A program made the translations under genes and the position numbers. The notes under the pieces are model-generated. The model made no database searches and was not told where the DNA came from. It saw only the letters and a program-made list of their open reading frames with translations. A stretch of DNA of 62,916 nt, filler included, from Octopus bimaculoides (taxonomy: Eukaryota): NCBI RefSeq assembly GCF_001194135.2. It is 7 parts of 7 records of this genome, joined end to end, with 100 filler letters (N's around TTAATTAATTAA, not from the genome) between each part and the next. Parts side by side here need not be neighbours in the genome. Positions count along the whole stretch, not along the records: positions 43,651 to 52,494 come from NC_069009.1; positions 52,595 to 55,801 come from NC_068983.1; positions 55,902 to 61,196 come from NC_069010.1; 4 more parts are not named here. One strand, written 5' to 3'. This document shows, one piece after another, positions 49,728 to 61,196 of the stretch. Every line of letters starts with the position of its first letter. The stretch's first letter is position 1.

Positions 49728-49903
49728 GATTGTAACAATGGTGAAAAAAATATCAATGTTAATTCATTGATGCATTTGGGTGAGTCTGTCTGTATTATCA
49801 AACAATTGCAAAAAAAATGTTTAAAGAAAATTCAAAACTCTGCAAAAATCTAATACAAATTCTTCACGGCTCAAACATTGCTTACTTTTTACTCAACCGG
49901 ATA
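49727..49903 (-). mobile_element. Mariner 5' end fragment with TIR
   Basis: 49727-49862 aligns to 53658-53792; TTGCTTACTTTTTACTCAACCGGATA is the inverse of the 52780 TIR TATCAGGCTGAGTAAAGAGTAAGCAA. Confidence 0.8.
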
Positions 49904-50111
49904 GATAAACATACACGCATATCACATCATAATATATAGGTTTATGATCACAATGACAGCAGTGTTTATAACAATATGCATACATCTACAAAAATTGAAG
50001 GAAACTTAAAGTTCAATTATTCCAGTAAAGTGTTAATATCTTTTGGTTTTCTCTATAAAAATGTAAAATTTCCACCGTTCCATCTTTACTTTGTAAGTAT
50101 CCTCTATATCT

Positions 50112-50149
50112 CACATTCTTGTTTCTCTATTATTATTTCAGAATATCAG
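50112..50149 (+). promoter_or_regulatory. Predicted 3' splice site of the ZNF-B coding exon (AG at 50140-50141)
   Basis: Pyrimidine tract followed by TATTTCAG|AATATCAG. Confidence 0.65.
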
Positions 50150-50573
50150 AAACAGTGAAGAACCATTTACTTATGATACTTCTTCAATATTTATCATTTT
50201 TGAAAGACTGAAGGAAATTGTTGCACAGAACAGAAATAATTCTGTTTATATGAATCCATGGTGACTTCCTGATAAATATTTTTTTAGAACTCAGATAAAT
50301 ATCAATACCTGTGTTTTGGGGGGTTTTTTTCAGTGCCTAAAAAAGTGTATAAACTGATTTTGCATTCTAATTTCTCTTTTTCCATTGCATATAATATCTA
50401 CAACATCATTTCACAAACTTCGTAGAAGTGGAAAAAATTTACAAAAGAGTTTGTAGCATCTTCAGATAAAAAGTTCGCCATTGATGAAAATATAACAGCA
50501 GTAATATTTACTAGGAATAAAAGAATAAAATCAAAAAGAAAATCATCTGTATATTGTGGTAAGAAGAAGAAAA

Positions 50574-51761
50574 ATGATGGAAAATGAGTTAAGTCAGATG
50601 GTTACACATGAAACAGCAACTGAAAAGATTGTCTTTTCTGACGATTTAAAGAATGTGAAAAGTAAAAAGTCATATCATTGTGATACCTGCGGTAAATCAT
50701 TTTCTCAAAATAGCAAACTAACTAAACATAAATCTATTCATACAGGAGAAAAACCATATCATTGTGATGTCTGTGATAAATCATTCTCACAAAAAGACTA
50801 CCTAACCACTCACCTACGTGTTCACACAGGTGAAAAGCCATATCAGTGTGACATCTGTGATAAGTCGTTCTCTCAAAGTGTTCACTTAACTAAACACAAA
50901 CGCATTCATACAGGGGAAAAGCCATATTTCTGTGATGTCTGTTGTAAATCATTTGCTGAGAATGGTACCTTGACTAGACATAAACGTATTCACACAGGGG
51001 AAAGGCCATATGAATGTGATATCTGTAATAAATCATTTACTCAAAAGGATAACTTAACTACTCACCAACGCATTCATACAGGAGAAAAACCATATTGTTG
51101 TGATGTCTGCGGTGAATCATTCTCGCAAAACGTACACTTAACTAAACACAGAAGCATTCATACAGGAGGAAAACTTTATTTCTGTGATATTTGTGATAAA
51201 TCATTCACTGAAAAAAGTTCCTTAAAAAGACACATCCGCATTCATACAGGTGATAAACCATATCACTGTGATATCTGTTTCAGATCGTTCTCTGAGAATC
51301 ATACCTTAACTATTCACAAACGCAGCCATACAGGAGAAAAGCCATATCATTGCGACAGTTGTGGTAAATCATTCTCCGACACTGGTCATTTAGCTAGGCA
51401 TGTACGTATTCATACGGGAGACAAACCACATCACTGCGATATCTGTGGAAAGTCCTTCTCTGAAAATGGAGATTTAACAAGACATATCCGCATTCATACA
51501 GGAGAGAAGCCATATCAGTGCGACATTTGTAGTAAATCATTCTCTCATGGACATGCCTTAACTACTCACAAACGCACTCATACAGGAGAGAAACCATATC
51601 ACTGCAATGTCTGTGGTAAATCCTTCTCTGAAACTGGTCACTTAAGTAGACACAAACGCATTCATACAGGACTGAAGCTACATCACTGTGATATCTGTGG
51701 TAAACCTTTCTCCGAAATAAGTCATTTAACTGAACATATTGCTATTCATACAGAACAGTAA
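50574..51761 (+). CDS. C2H2 zinc-finger protein ZNF-B, 395 aa from first ATG, 13 canonical fingers, no effector domain visible
   Basis: Uninterrupted [11 protein letters not shown]...HIAIHTEQ*; all 13 fingers retain four ligands and TGEKP-like linkers. Confidence 0.95.
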   Translation: MMENELSQMVTHETATEKIVFSDDLKNVKSKKSYHCDTCGKSFSQNSKLTKHKSIHTGEKPYHCDVCDKSFSQKDYLTTHLRVHTGEKPYQCDICDKSFSQSVHLTKHKRIHTGEKPYFCDVCCKSFAENGTLTRHKRIHTGERPYECDICNKSFTQKDNLTTHQRIHTGEKPYCCDVCGESFSQNVHLTKHRSIHTGGKLYFCDICDKSFTEKSSLKRHIRIHTGDKPYHCDICFRSFSENHTLTIHKRSHTGEKPYHCDSCGKSFSDTGHLARHVRIHTGDKPHHCDICGKSFSENGDLTRHIRIHTGEKPYQCDICSKSFSHGHALTTHKRTHTGEKPYHCNVCGKSFSETGHLSRHKRIHTGLKLHHCDICGKPFSEISHLTEHIAIHTEQ

Positions 51762-51789
51762 CAATATCAAAATATGGGGTCAAAATACA

Positions 51790-51876
51790 TAGGAGTGGCT
51801 GTGTGGTAAGTAGCTTGCTTACCAACCACATGGCTCCAGGTTCAGTCCCACTGCGTGGCACCTTGGGCAAGTGTGT
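51790..51876 (+). mobile_element. SINE family A head only
   Basis: GGAGTGGCTGTGTGGTAAG...GGTTCAGTCCCACTGCGTGGCACCTTGGGCAAGTG. Confidence 0.8.
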
Positions 51877-51913
51877 TCATTTTGTTCATTAAAGTATTTC
51901 CTTTTACTCATTA

Positions 51914-51945
<32 letters not shown>

Positions 51946-52377
51946 TGTATTTTGGGATGGTCGGTTTTTTTTTTTGTTTTTGTTTTTGCCAAATAAATGC
52001 CTGCACTATATATTCGTTCTTCACCCTTTTATTACTTCTCTTATTTTCACTCTTGTTGATTGTCCAGAAATCTTTCATCACACACCTGTGACCTCTTCGG
52101 CAACACTTTCTGTCCTCGTGTATGCTCCTGCTCTGCTTCCGGAAATATAAGAATATCTATTTCAACACACTGTTTCAGATCAGGAATCTTGCAACACAAA
52201 TTCATAAATGTGTGTGTGTGTGTGTGTGTATTTGTATTTGTATGTATGTGAAAGATCCCACCTACAAATAACTCTGATGGAGATTGAAAGAAGCCTGCAA
52301 CAATCCTATGTGAAGGAGAGAGCAGAAAAAGAAACCTGGGTTATAAAAAACATCAAGTTAAATCCCAAAGGCCTGAA

Positions 52378-52442
<65 letters not shown>

Positions 52443-52594
52443 TCCCTAACGAGGACAAGATATCCTTGAATTGACTACACACACACATACATACNNNNNN
52501 NNNNNNNNNNNNNNNNNNNNNNNNNNNNNNNNNNNNNNTTAATTAATTAANNNNNNNNNNNNNNNNNNNNNNNNNNNNNNNNNNNNNNNNNNNN

Positions 52595-52776
52595 GGTGAC
52601 ACGTAAAAGCACCCACTACACTCTCTGAGTGGTTGGCGTTAGGAAGGGCATCCAGCTGTAGAAACTCTGCCAAATCAGACTGGAGCCTAGTGTTGCCATC
52701 CAGTTTCACCAGTCCTCAGTCAAATCGTCCAACCCATGCTAGCATGGAAAGCGGACGTTAAACGATGATGATGATG
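52595..52776 (+). mobile_element. Family D (RTE-type) 3' tail
   Basis: Near-identical to 59175-59353; ends in (GAT)n. Confidence 0.8.
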
Positions 52777-52779
52777 GTA

Positions 52780-53792
52780 TATCAGGCTGAGTAAAGAGTA
52801 AGCAACATTTTGAAACGTGAAATTCATCACAATGTATTTCAACAATGTGAAAATTTTATTCATCAAAGTAAGTAGTACCATTACAATCAACACATTTTTG
52901 TCAACGAATTACAAGTTTGTTTATTCCGGTAACAAGTTTAGGAACTGATGAATTCTTTGAACACACTTTCAGCATCGGTTTGATTTTTGAACTCCGTCTC
53001 ACAGGAAACCATCAAGGTGATTGAAAAAGTGGTAGTCAATAGGAGAAAGGTCTGGGGAATATGCTGGGTGAAGAACTTCGTAGCCAAGTCCCCTCATAAC
53101 CTTCTTTTTGAAGAGCTTGGGTTTAGGGAAGGTTTTCAGTGCTTCCTTTTGGTCCAACCACTGTGAGGTATGTTTTTATTATTGTACAGAATCCACTTTT
53201 CATTGCATGTTACAATACAGGCGAGAAATGGATCAGTCTAGTTATGGAGAAGAAGTGACAAGCAAATTTCATATCTGCGCATTTTCTGATTTTCATTCAA
53301 TAGTGTGGTACCTATTTGCCGATCATTTTTGATTTTCCGATTGCATGCAAATGGTTGCACACAGTTTTCTGCCAATTCTTTTGCTAATTCTCAAGTGGTT
53401 TTATGTGGATCTTTCTCAATAATGGTCTTTAATTGACTGTCATTGATGACAGATGGGCGTCCATTATGCTCACAATCTTCAAGGCTCAGGTCTCTTCTGT
53501 GAAATCGTTTAAACCATTTTTGAGCTGGCTACTCACTGGTCATTTCTCCACCAAATGTTTTGTTAATATTGTGAGCAGTTTCAGCTGCTTTATGTCATTT
53601 TTTGAAGTTGAATAGGAAAATTGCTCGAATATCACGCTTTGACAGTTCCATTTCAGATGATTGTAACAATGGTGAAAAAGATATCAATGTTAATTTATTG
53701 ATGCATTTGGGTAAGTCTATGTCAGTATTATCAGACAGTTTTAAAAAAATGTTTAAAAAAAATTCAAAACTGCAAAAATTTGGTACAAATTC
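52780..53792 (-). mobile_element. Mariner DNA transposon, internally deleted; 5' TIR presumably in the gap
   Basis: TA then TATCAGG TIR at 52778-52786; transposase remnant inside. Confidence 0.9.
52856..53651 (-). pseudogene. Mariner DD34D transposase pseudogene (Hsmar1/SETMAR-like)
   Basis: MELSKRDIRAIFLFNFK...AAETAHNIN...WFKRF...GRPS; IVTCNEKW; KKVM; HPAYSPDLSPIDYHFF; QKCVDCNG...YFDE*; multiple stops and frameshifts. Confidence 0.9.
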
Positions 53793-54058
53793 NNNNNNNN
53801 NNNNNNNNNNNNNNNNNNNNNNNNNNNNNNNNNNNNNNNNNNNNNNNNNNNNNNNNNNNNNNNNNNNNNNNNNNNNNNNNNNNNNNNNNNNNNNNNNNNN
53901 NNNNNNNNNNNNNNNNNNNNNNNNNNNNNNNNNNNNNNNNNNNNNNNNNNNNNNNNNNNNNNNNNNNNNNNNNNNNNNNNNNNNNNNNNNNNNNNNNNNN
54001 NNNNNNNNNNNNNNNNNNNNNNNNNNNNNNNNNNNNNNNNNNNNNNNNNNNNNNNNNN

Positions 54059-54100
<42 letters not shown>

Positions 54101-54529
54101 GATATATAAATACAGGTATATATCAAATAGATAGATAAATAGATTGATAGTTAGATATATAGATACACTGATGTATACACAAACACAGACACATACTCAC
54201 ACACACACACACACTCACACACACACACACAATTATATATAAATTTGTATAATGTTATTTAAATTGCATGACATTTAAAACTCAGTGTACATCCTTATAT
54301 GCTGAAAGAGAAAACTGTAAAAGAGAAGCTGTGTTTTATAGTCCAAATTTCTTTTCACTGGTTTCTATTGTTACAAAGATGACAGAGTACATATAGGAAA
54401 AAAAGAAACAAAACAAAACTGGAGCATTAGTTCATAATTAAATAATTTATGAACCAACCCTCCAGGTTTGTTTTCTCTTTTTCTTTTGCATACGTAAATA
54501 CATTTATATTCATACATACATACATATGC

Positions 54530-54756
54530 ATGCACTTACATACATACATAGATATGTACATGCATGCAAACATACATGGTTTTATAGATATATATGTATA
54601 CACACAAATATATATATATATATATATGATACCAGCACACAAACATACATACATGTATATATGTCTACATACATATATACATACATACATACATACACAC
54701 ATGCACATATACATACACAAGTATGTATATATGTATACACACTCATGAACACACAC

Positions 54757-54790
<34 letters not shown>

Positions 54791-54825
54791 TCGCACAGAC
54801 ACAGACACAGATACACATACACACA

Positions 54826-54865
<40 letters not shown>

Positions 54866-55152
54866 GGCTGACAGAAGCTGACAGAAGCAATCAAACTTAC
54901 ATAGATACATACATACATATGTACATGCATGCATACATACATTGTTTTATAAATATATATGTATACACACACATATATATATATACCTGCACACAAACTT
55001 ACATACATGTATATATGTCTACATACATACATACATACATACATGCACATATACATACACAAGTATGTATATATGTATACACACTCATGAACACACATAT
55101 ACACACACACACACACTTGCAGACACAGACACACATACACACACAGACACAG

Positions 55153-55218
<66 letters not shown>

Positions 55219-55235
55219 GCTGACAGAAGCAAGCA
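54530..55235. repeat. Tandem duplication of a ~350-bp compound microsatellite unit
   Basis: Unique anchors CACAAGTATGTATATATGTATACACACTCATGAACAC and GGCTGACAGAAGC occur in both halves. Confidence 0.85.
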
Positions 55236-55413
55236 AGCTGAAACTGAAGTCACTGCTAATTTTTTCCTTGTAAAAGTTTAATAAGCATGTACTCTACTAA
55301 AAATATTTTTATGTATTATAGTATGCATCTTTCAGCTTAATTTGGTTTTATATATGACTTGACATAAAAACAAGCATTAATATATCTATCTTTAGACTTG
55401 CATACGTAGACAC

Positions 55414-55790
55414 AGGAGTGGCTGTGTGATAAGTAGCTTCCTAACCAACCACATGGTTTCGGGTTCAATTCCACTGCATGGCACCTTCAGCAAGTATCTT
55501 CTACTATAGATTCAGACCGATCAAAGCCTTGTGAGACAGAAACTGAAAGAAGCTCGTCATATATATATATGTATATGTTTGTGTGCCTGTGTTTTTCCCC
55601 CCCATCATTGCTTGACAACCGATGTTGGTGTGGTTACGTCCCTATCACCTAGCGGTTTAGCAATAAGCGACCGATAGAACAAGTACTAGGCTTACAAAAA
55701 ATAAGCCCTGGGGTTGATTTGCTCGACTAAAGATAGTGCTCCAGCATGGCCACAGTCAAATGACTGAAACAAATAAAATAATAAAAGAAT
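55414..55790 (+). mobile_element. SINE family A, full length
   Basis: Head, TA tract and 3' module present. Confidence 0.8.
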
Positions 55791-55901
55791 ACATATATAC
55801 ANNNNNNNNNNNNNNNNNNNNNNNNNNNNNNNNNNNNNNNNNNNNTTAATTAATTAANNNNNNNNNNNNNNNNNNNNNNNNNNNNNNNNNNNNNNNNNNN
55901 N

Positions 55902-55940
<39 letters not shown>

Positions 55941-56145
55941 CATACATATACATGCGCACAAACGCACACACACATATTTGATCACATTTTTCTGGTGAAT
56001 AACGAAAAACTGATGTCAGGTTCTTGTCATTTCACGCCCACCCCATTGAATTCTGTTGGTGTTTGATCTGTATTAACAAGCACTTTTTCATTCAAGTTAT
56101 ATGTATTTGTGTGTGTGTGTGTGTGTGTGTGTATACATATATACG

Positions 56146-56177
<32 letters not shown>

Positions 56178-57319
56178 ATACAAAGAATATATATAGATGT
56201 ATACACACATATATGTACATACTTACATCTACATGTGTATATAGATGCATATCAGGGTACAGGACGTTAGAACAATGAACTACAGACAACAGAACGAACA
56301 CATAGGAACGGAAAGCCACTTGGAATATCCCTTCATCAGCTGTCTCTATTCTAACTAGACGTTTCGAAGANNNNNNNNNNNNNNNNNNNNNNNNNNNNNN
56401 NNNNNNNNNNNNNNNNNNNNNNNNNNNNNNNNNNNNNNNNNNNNNNNNNNNNNNNNNNNNNNNNNNNNNNNNNNNNNNNNNNNNNNNNNNNNNNNNNNNN
56501 NNNNNNNNNNNNNNNNNNNNNNNNNNNNNNNNNNNNNNNNNNNNNNNNNNNNNNNNNNNNNNNNNNNNNNNNNNNNNNNNNNNNNNNNNNNNNNNNNNNN
56601 NNNNNNNNNNNNNNNNNNNNNNNNNNNNNNNNNNNNNNNNNNNNNNNNNNNNNNNNNNNNNNNNNNNNNNNNNNNNNNNNNNNNNNNNNNNNNNNNNNNN
56701 NNNNNNNNNNNNNNNNNNNNNNNNNNNNNNNNNNNNNNNNNNNNNNNNNNNNNNNNNNNNNNNNNNNNNNNNNNNNNNNNNNNNNNNNNNNNNNNNNNNN
56801 NNNNNNNNNNNNNNNNNNNNNNNNNNNNNNNNNNNNNNNNNNNNNNNNNNNNNNNNNNNNNNNNNNNNNNNNNNNNNNNNNNNNNNNNNNNNNNNNNNNN
56901 NNNNNNNNNNNNNNNNNNNNNNNNNNNNNNNNNNNNNNNNNNNNNNNNNNNNNNNNNNNNNNNNNNNNNNNNNNNNNNNNNNNNNNNNNNNNNNNNNNNN
57001 NNNNNNNNNNNNNNNNNNNNNNNNNNNNNNNNNNNNNNNNNNNNNNNNNNNNNNNNNNNNNNNNNNNNNNNNNNNNNNNNNNNNNNNNNNNNNNNNNNNN
57101 NNNNNNNNNNNNNNNNNNNNNNNNNNNNNNNNNNNNNNNNNNNNNNNNNNNNNNNNNNNNNNNNNNNNNNNNNNNNNNNNNNNNNNNNNNNNNNNNNNNN
57201 NNNNNNNNNNNNNNNNNNNNNNNNNNNNNNNNNNNNNNNNNNNNNNNNNNNNNNNNNNNNNNNNNNNNNNNNNNNNNNNNNNNNNNNNNNNNNNNNNNNN
57301 NNNNNNNNNNNNNNNNTTT

Positions 57320-57440
57320 ATTAAAAAGCAGCAAAAATATCACAAAAACTGTTACTCAGAGTTTCACGTTAAAACTGTCCGACGAATGGGAACGTGAAAC
57401 TCTGAGTAACAGTTTTTGTGATATTTTGCTGCTTTTTAAT
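57320..57440. repeat. Fold-back inverted repeat, 50-51-nt arms, 20-nt loop
   Basis: 57320-57370 versus 57391-57440, differing by one 1-nt indel. Confidence 0.92.
57371..57416 (+). ncRNA. Type I hammerhead ribozyme motif with U4C variant
   Basis: AAAACTGT-CCGACGA-ATG-GGAA-CGT-GAA-ACTC-T-GAGT-A-ACAGTTTT: 8-bp helix I, 3-bp helix II, palindromic helix III, GUA site. Confidence 0.72.
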
Positions 57441-58229
57441 TAAGCATATTACTCTACCTCTAGTATTTGAGTACTGTTTTTTTCCTCCTTGTTTCACATT
57501 TATGTGCTTGTGTGTGTATGTGTGCATGTGTAAAAAATCAATATAGACAGCATGTTGCAGAAATGCTAATATGTTTACAATTATATGTATGTATGTATAC
57601 ATATATCTATCTATCTATATATATATATATATATCATTATATATATATGTGTGTATGTATATCTATATCTATCTATCTAAATATATATACACATATATAT
57701 ATGTATGTGTATATATATATGTGTGTGTGTGTGCATAAGCAATAATTATAATGATATTGAACATAGAGATTTGTTCCACCATAATATTTATTCCCTATTA
57801 TTTTAGAATTTTATGCACCATTGCAACCATAAAAATATGCCGTACAAAATTGTAAAAAAGCAAAAGGAAATAAATTTTGAGGATAAACAATTCTCCATGT
57901 TCCATACCATTATAATTACGATTAATATATACTCCAGACAATATTACTGCCCGTGAAACAAACACAGAATTACCTATCAGAGGAATTTACCATGTGAATG
58001 ACAACTAATAGCAGTCAATGTGGTTAGCCATAACTTGGAACATAACTGAGAGCCACTATAGTATTCACCTATTATTATCTATACTATTCAAATAGGTTTA
58101 ATTTATTTTATTCATATTATTATCCACATATATTTTATTGTTTAATTCATATTATTCTGTTGTGTCTGGGGAAAGTCATTCTCCTCTTGTGCCTTACAAT
58201 TTAACACACTCATTCATATATATATTTCT

Positions 58230-58377
58230 TTATAATTATAATTATTATTATTATTATTATTATTTTTATTTTTATTTTTATTATTGTTGTTGTTGTTGTT
58301 GTTGAAGTTATAATCATTCATACATTCTATTCATATTATTCATATCATTATTCATATATTTTATTTTTATTATTATA

Positions 58378-58409
<32 letters not shown>

Positions 58410-58500
58410 CATCATCATTATTATTATTATTATCATCATCATCATTATTATTATTATTATTATAATTATTATTAATATTATTATTATTATTATTATTTTT
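58230..58500. repeat. (TTA)n/(TCA)n/(TTG)n microsatellites
   Basis: Direct inspection. Confidence 0.9.
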
Positions 58501-58954
58501 ATTTAATATTTATAATATTATATATATTTTTTAAATAAGTTTGTCTTATTTTATATTTATTTTTACTTGCTTGATTTATTACCTCAGCAAATACACACAC
58601 ACAATACATATGAAATAACGTGTCAAACTTCTTTAGTTGTAGATTAGAATCTTTTCAAGAAAGATATAACCTTTGTTCTTATTAAAACAAAACCCAGAAG
58701 AGATTCCGCCCCTTACAGCTTAAATTCTTATCATTGGATTTAGCCCAAATGCTTTGAATTATGCATTACCAAGGGGCCAGAATTGAAACATATGTAGGTT
58801 TTTGAGTCTACTATTGTGTTTCTTAAAAATTTATTTGTATTTCTACTTTAACAACAAACTATGATTCAAATAAATTAACTAAGACCCCCTAATTCTCCAT
58901 TTGCTTATATTATTAATCTTACCTCTTATAATAATCCATAATGCATAATGTGTG

Positions 58955-59160
58955 TGTATGTTTGTCCCCCACCCCAGCATCGCTTGACAACCGATGCTGG
59001 TGTGTTTACGTCCCCCGTAACTTAGTGGTTCGGTAAAGGAAGGAGAGCGATAGAATAAGTACTAGGCTAACAAAGAATAAGTCCTGGAGTCGATTTGTTC
59101 GACTAAAAGGCGGTGCTCCAGCATGGCCGCAGTCAAATGACTGACACAAGTAAAAAGAAT
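58955..59160 (+). mobile_element. SINE family A 3' module
   Basis: Matches 46980-47170. Confidence 0.8.
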
Positions 59161-59174
59161 ATTTACATATGCAC

Positions 59175-59353
59175 TACACTGTCGGAGTGGTTGGCGTTAG
59201 GAAGGGCATCCAGCTGTAGAAACTCTGCCAAATTTAGATTGGAGCCTGGTGTTGCCGCCATCCGGTCTCACCAGTCCTCAGTCAAATCGTCCAACCCATG
59301 CTAGCATGGAAAACGGACGTTAAACGATGATGATGATGATGATGATGATGATG
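59175..59353 (+). mobile_element. Family D (RTE-type) 3' tail
   Basis: Matches 52620-52776; ends in (GAT)n. Confidence 0.8.
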
Positions 59354-59363
59354 NNNNNNNNNN

Positions 59364-59397
<34 letters not shown>

Positions 59398-60544
59398 TAT
59401 ATATGTGTATGTATATGGGTCAATATGTATATGCGTGCGTTTATATGCCCTCAGAGCCTTCCGGCAATCACATGCATGGGTGTGTCCATGTGTTCAGCTG
59501 TCTCACCATCAAAATCAAATGCACATAGTGTATGTGAATGGATGTCAGTTTTAAACGTTTTTGCATATGAATGTATGTTTATAAACATGTGCATCTGTAT
59601 GTGAAAATATGAGAGGGCGCATGGCTCAGAGGTTAGGGTGTCGCACCCGCGATCGTGAGATCGTGGTTTCAGTTCCTAGACCAGGTGGTCATGTTGTATT
59701 CTTGAGCAAAACACTTCATTTCATGTTGTCCTGTGACCACCTCTACATCTGATGTGACATCAGGAAAGTTTATTTGATGGAGAGAGTATGTTGATGTGTG
59801 GTACATACTGCTGACCATTATAAACAAATATTTTGTACAGGTCATTCGGCAATAGCTGAATGCTCATACATCGTCTTTGATGGGACAGTCCATCATATCT
59901 AAATATATATACACGCATACATGTATACATATACCTATAAATGCATACATGTATTAACATATATATATATATATATCAGCAATAATAAATCTCTGAATGA
60001 GGTATAAACAGTAGCAGCATGACATCGTGAAGTATATTTGCCCCCTAAATGTGGCTAACCCTTAAGGGTCGATGCTACTGTAGCTTGTAGCCCCAGGAAG
60101 ACATCTCCTCCAGTTGGCTATTGTCACACTTTCTGTGCCCTTTCAGTATTTGCAACACGCAGCCCGGTCCGGGATTCGAACTCCCAACCTCATGGTCATA
60201 AGTTTGACGCTCTAACCACTGAGCCATGCACCTCCACACACACACACATACGTTAATCAATTCATTTTGTAAGATCCCTGATGTGAAATTGTGTGTTGAA
60301 ATATATTGTTGTATTTAGGTATGATCAATTTTTTTTTTGCTTCTTAGAAGAACAGAATGGAATAAGTGGAGCAAAAAACACATGAAAACGAAAAGTGTGA
60401 CAAAAGATTTCCGGACAATGGAAATGCGTTAAAATAACAACATTAATAAACGAATGAAGAAAAAATATACATAATACGTGTGTTTAATTAGCATTAAAAA
60501 AATAAAAAATGACCATCCTGAAATACAACAATATGCATATAAAC

Positions 60545-60690
60545 ACGACAGGCTTCTTTTAGTTTCCCTCTACCAAATCCACTCACAAGGCTTTGGTCGA
60601 CCTGAAGCTATGGTAGAAAACATCTGCCCAAGGTATCACACAGCGGGACTGAACCCAGAACCATGTGGTTAAGAAGCAAGCTTCTTACAG
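60545..60690 (-). mobile_element. SINE family A, 5' half
   Basis: Reverse-complement match to family A head. Confidence 0.75.
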
Positions 60691-60839
60691 CTCCTCCACA
60701 TATATGCAAACATACGAAGAGGGAGTGGGGAGAGCCAGTGGGTGAGCAACTAAATGTTAATTGTATTATTGTATGGATGAACTCACAACAAGTCATGCAT
60801 GTACAGTAACACACATACTTGAGCGAATAACTGACATGG

Positions 60840-60876
<37 letters not shown>

Positions 60877-61163
60877 AAACAGAGGAAGAGAAAATGCTGG
60901 AAACAAAATCTTTTTCAATGAAAGTGTATATAAACACTCTACGTTATATGCAATATATACGCAATAGGTATTTACAATATATGTCATCATGGTTTGGATT
61001 TTATCACAGAACACAAAGTTTATGAGTATAACGGTCATATATGTATATATGTGTGTGTTTGTGTGTATGTGTGTGTATATATGCAAACAAAGATCATATA
61101 CATATAATGAACATAAAACATTACAGGTATACATGTATGTGTGTAAATATAAATATATATATA

Positions 61164-61196
<33 letters not shown>

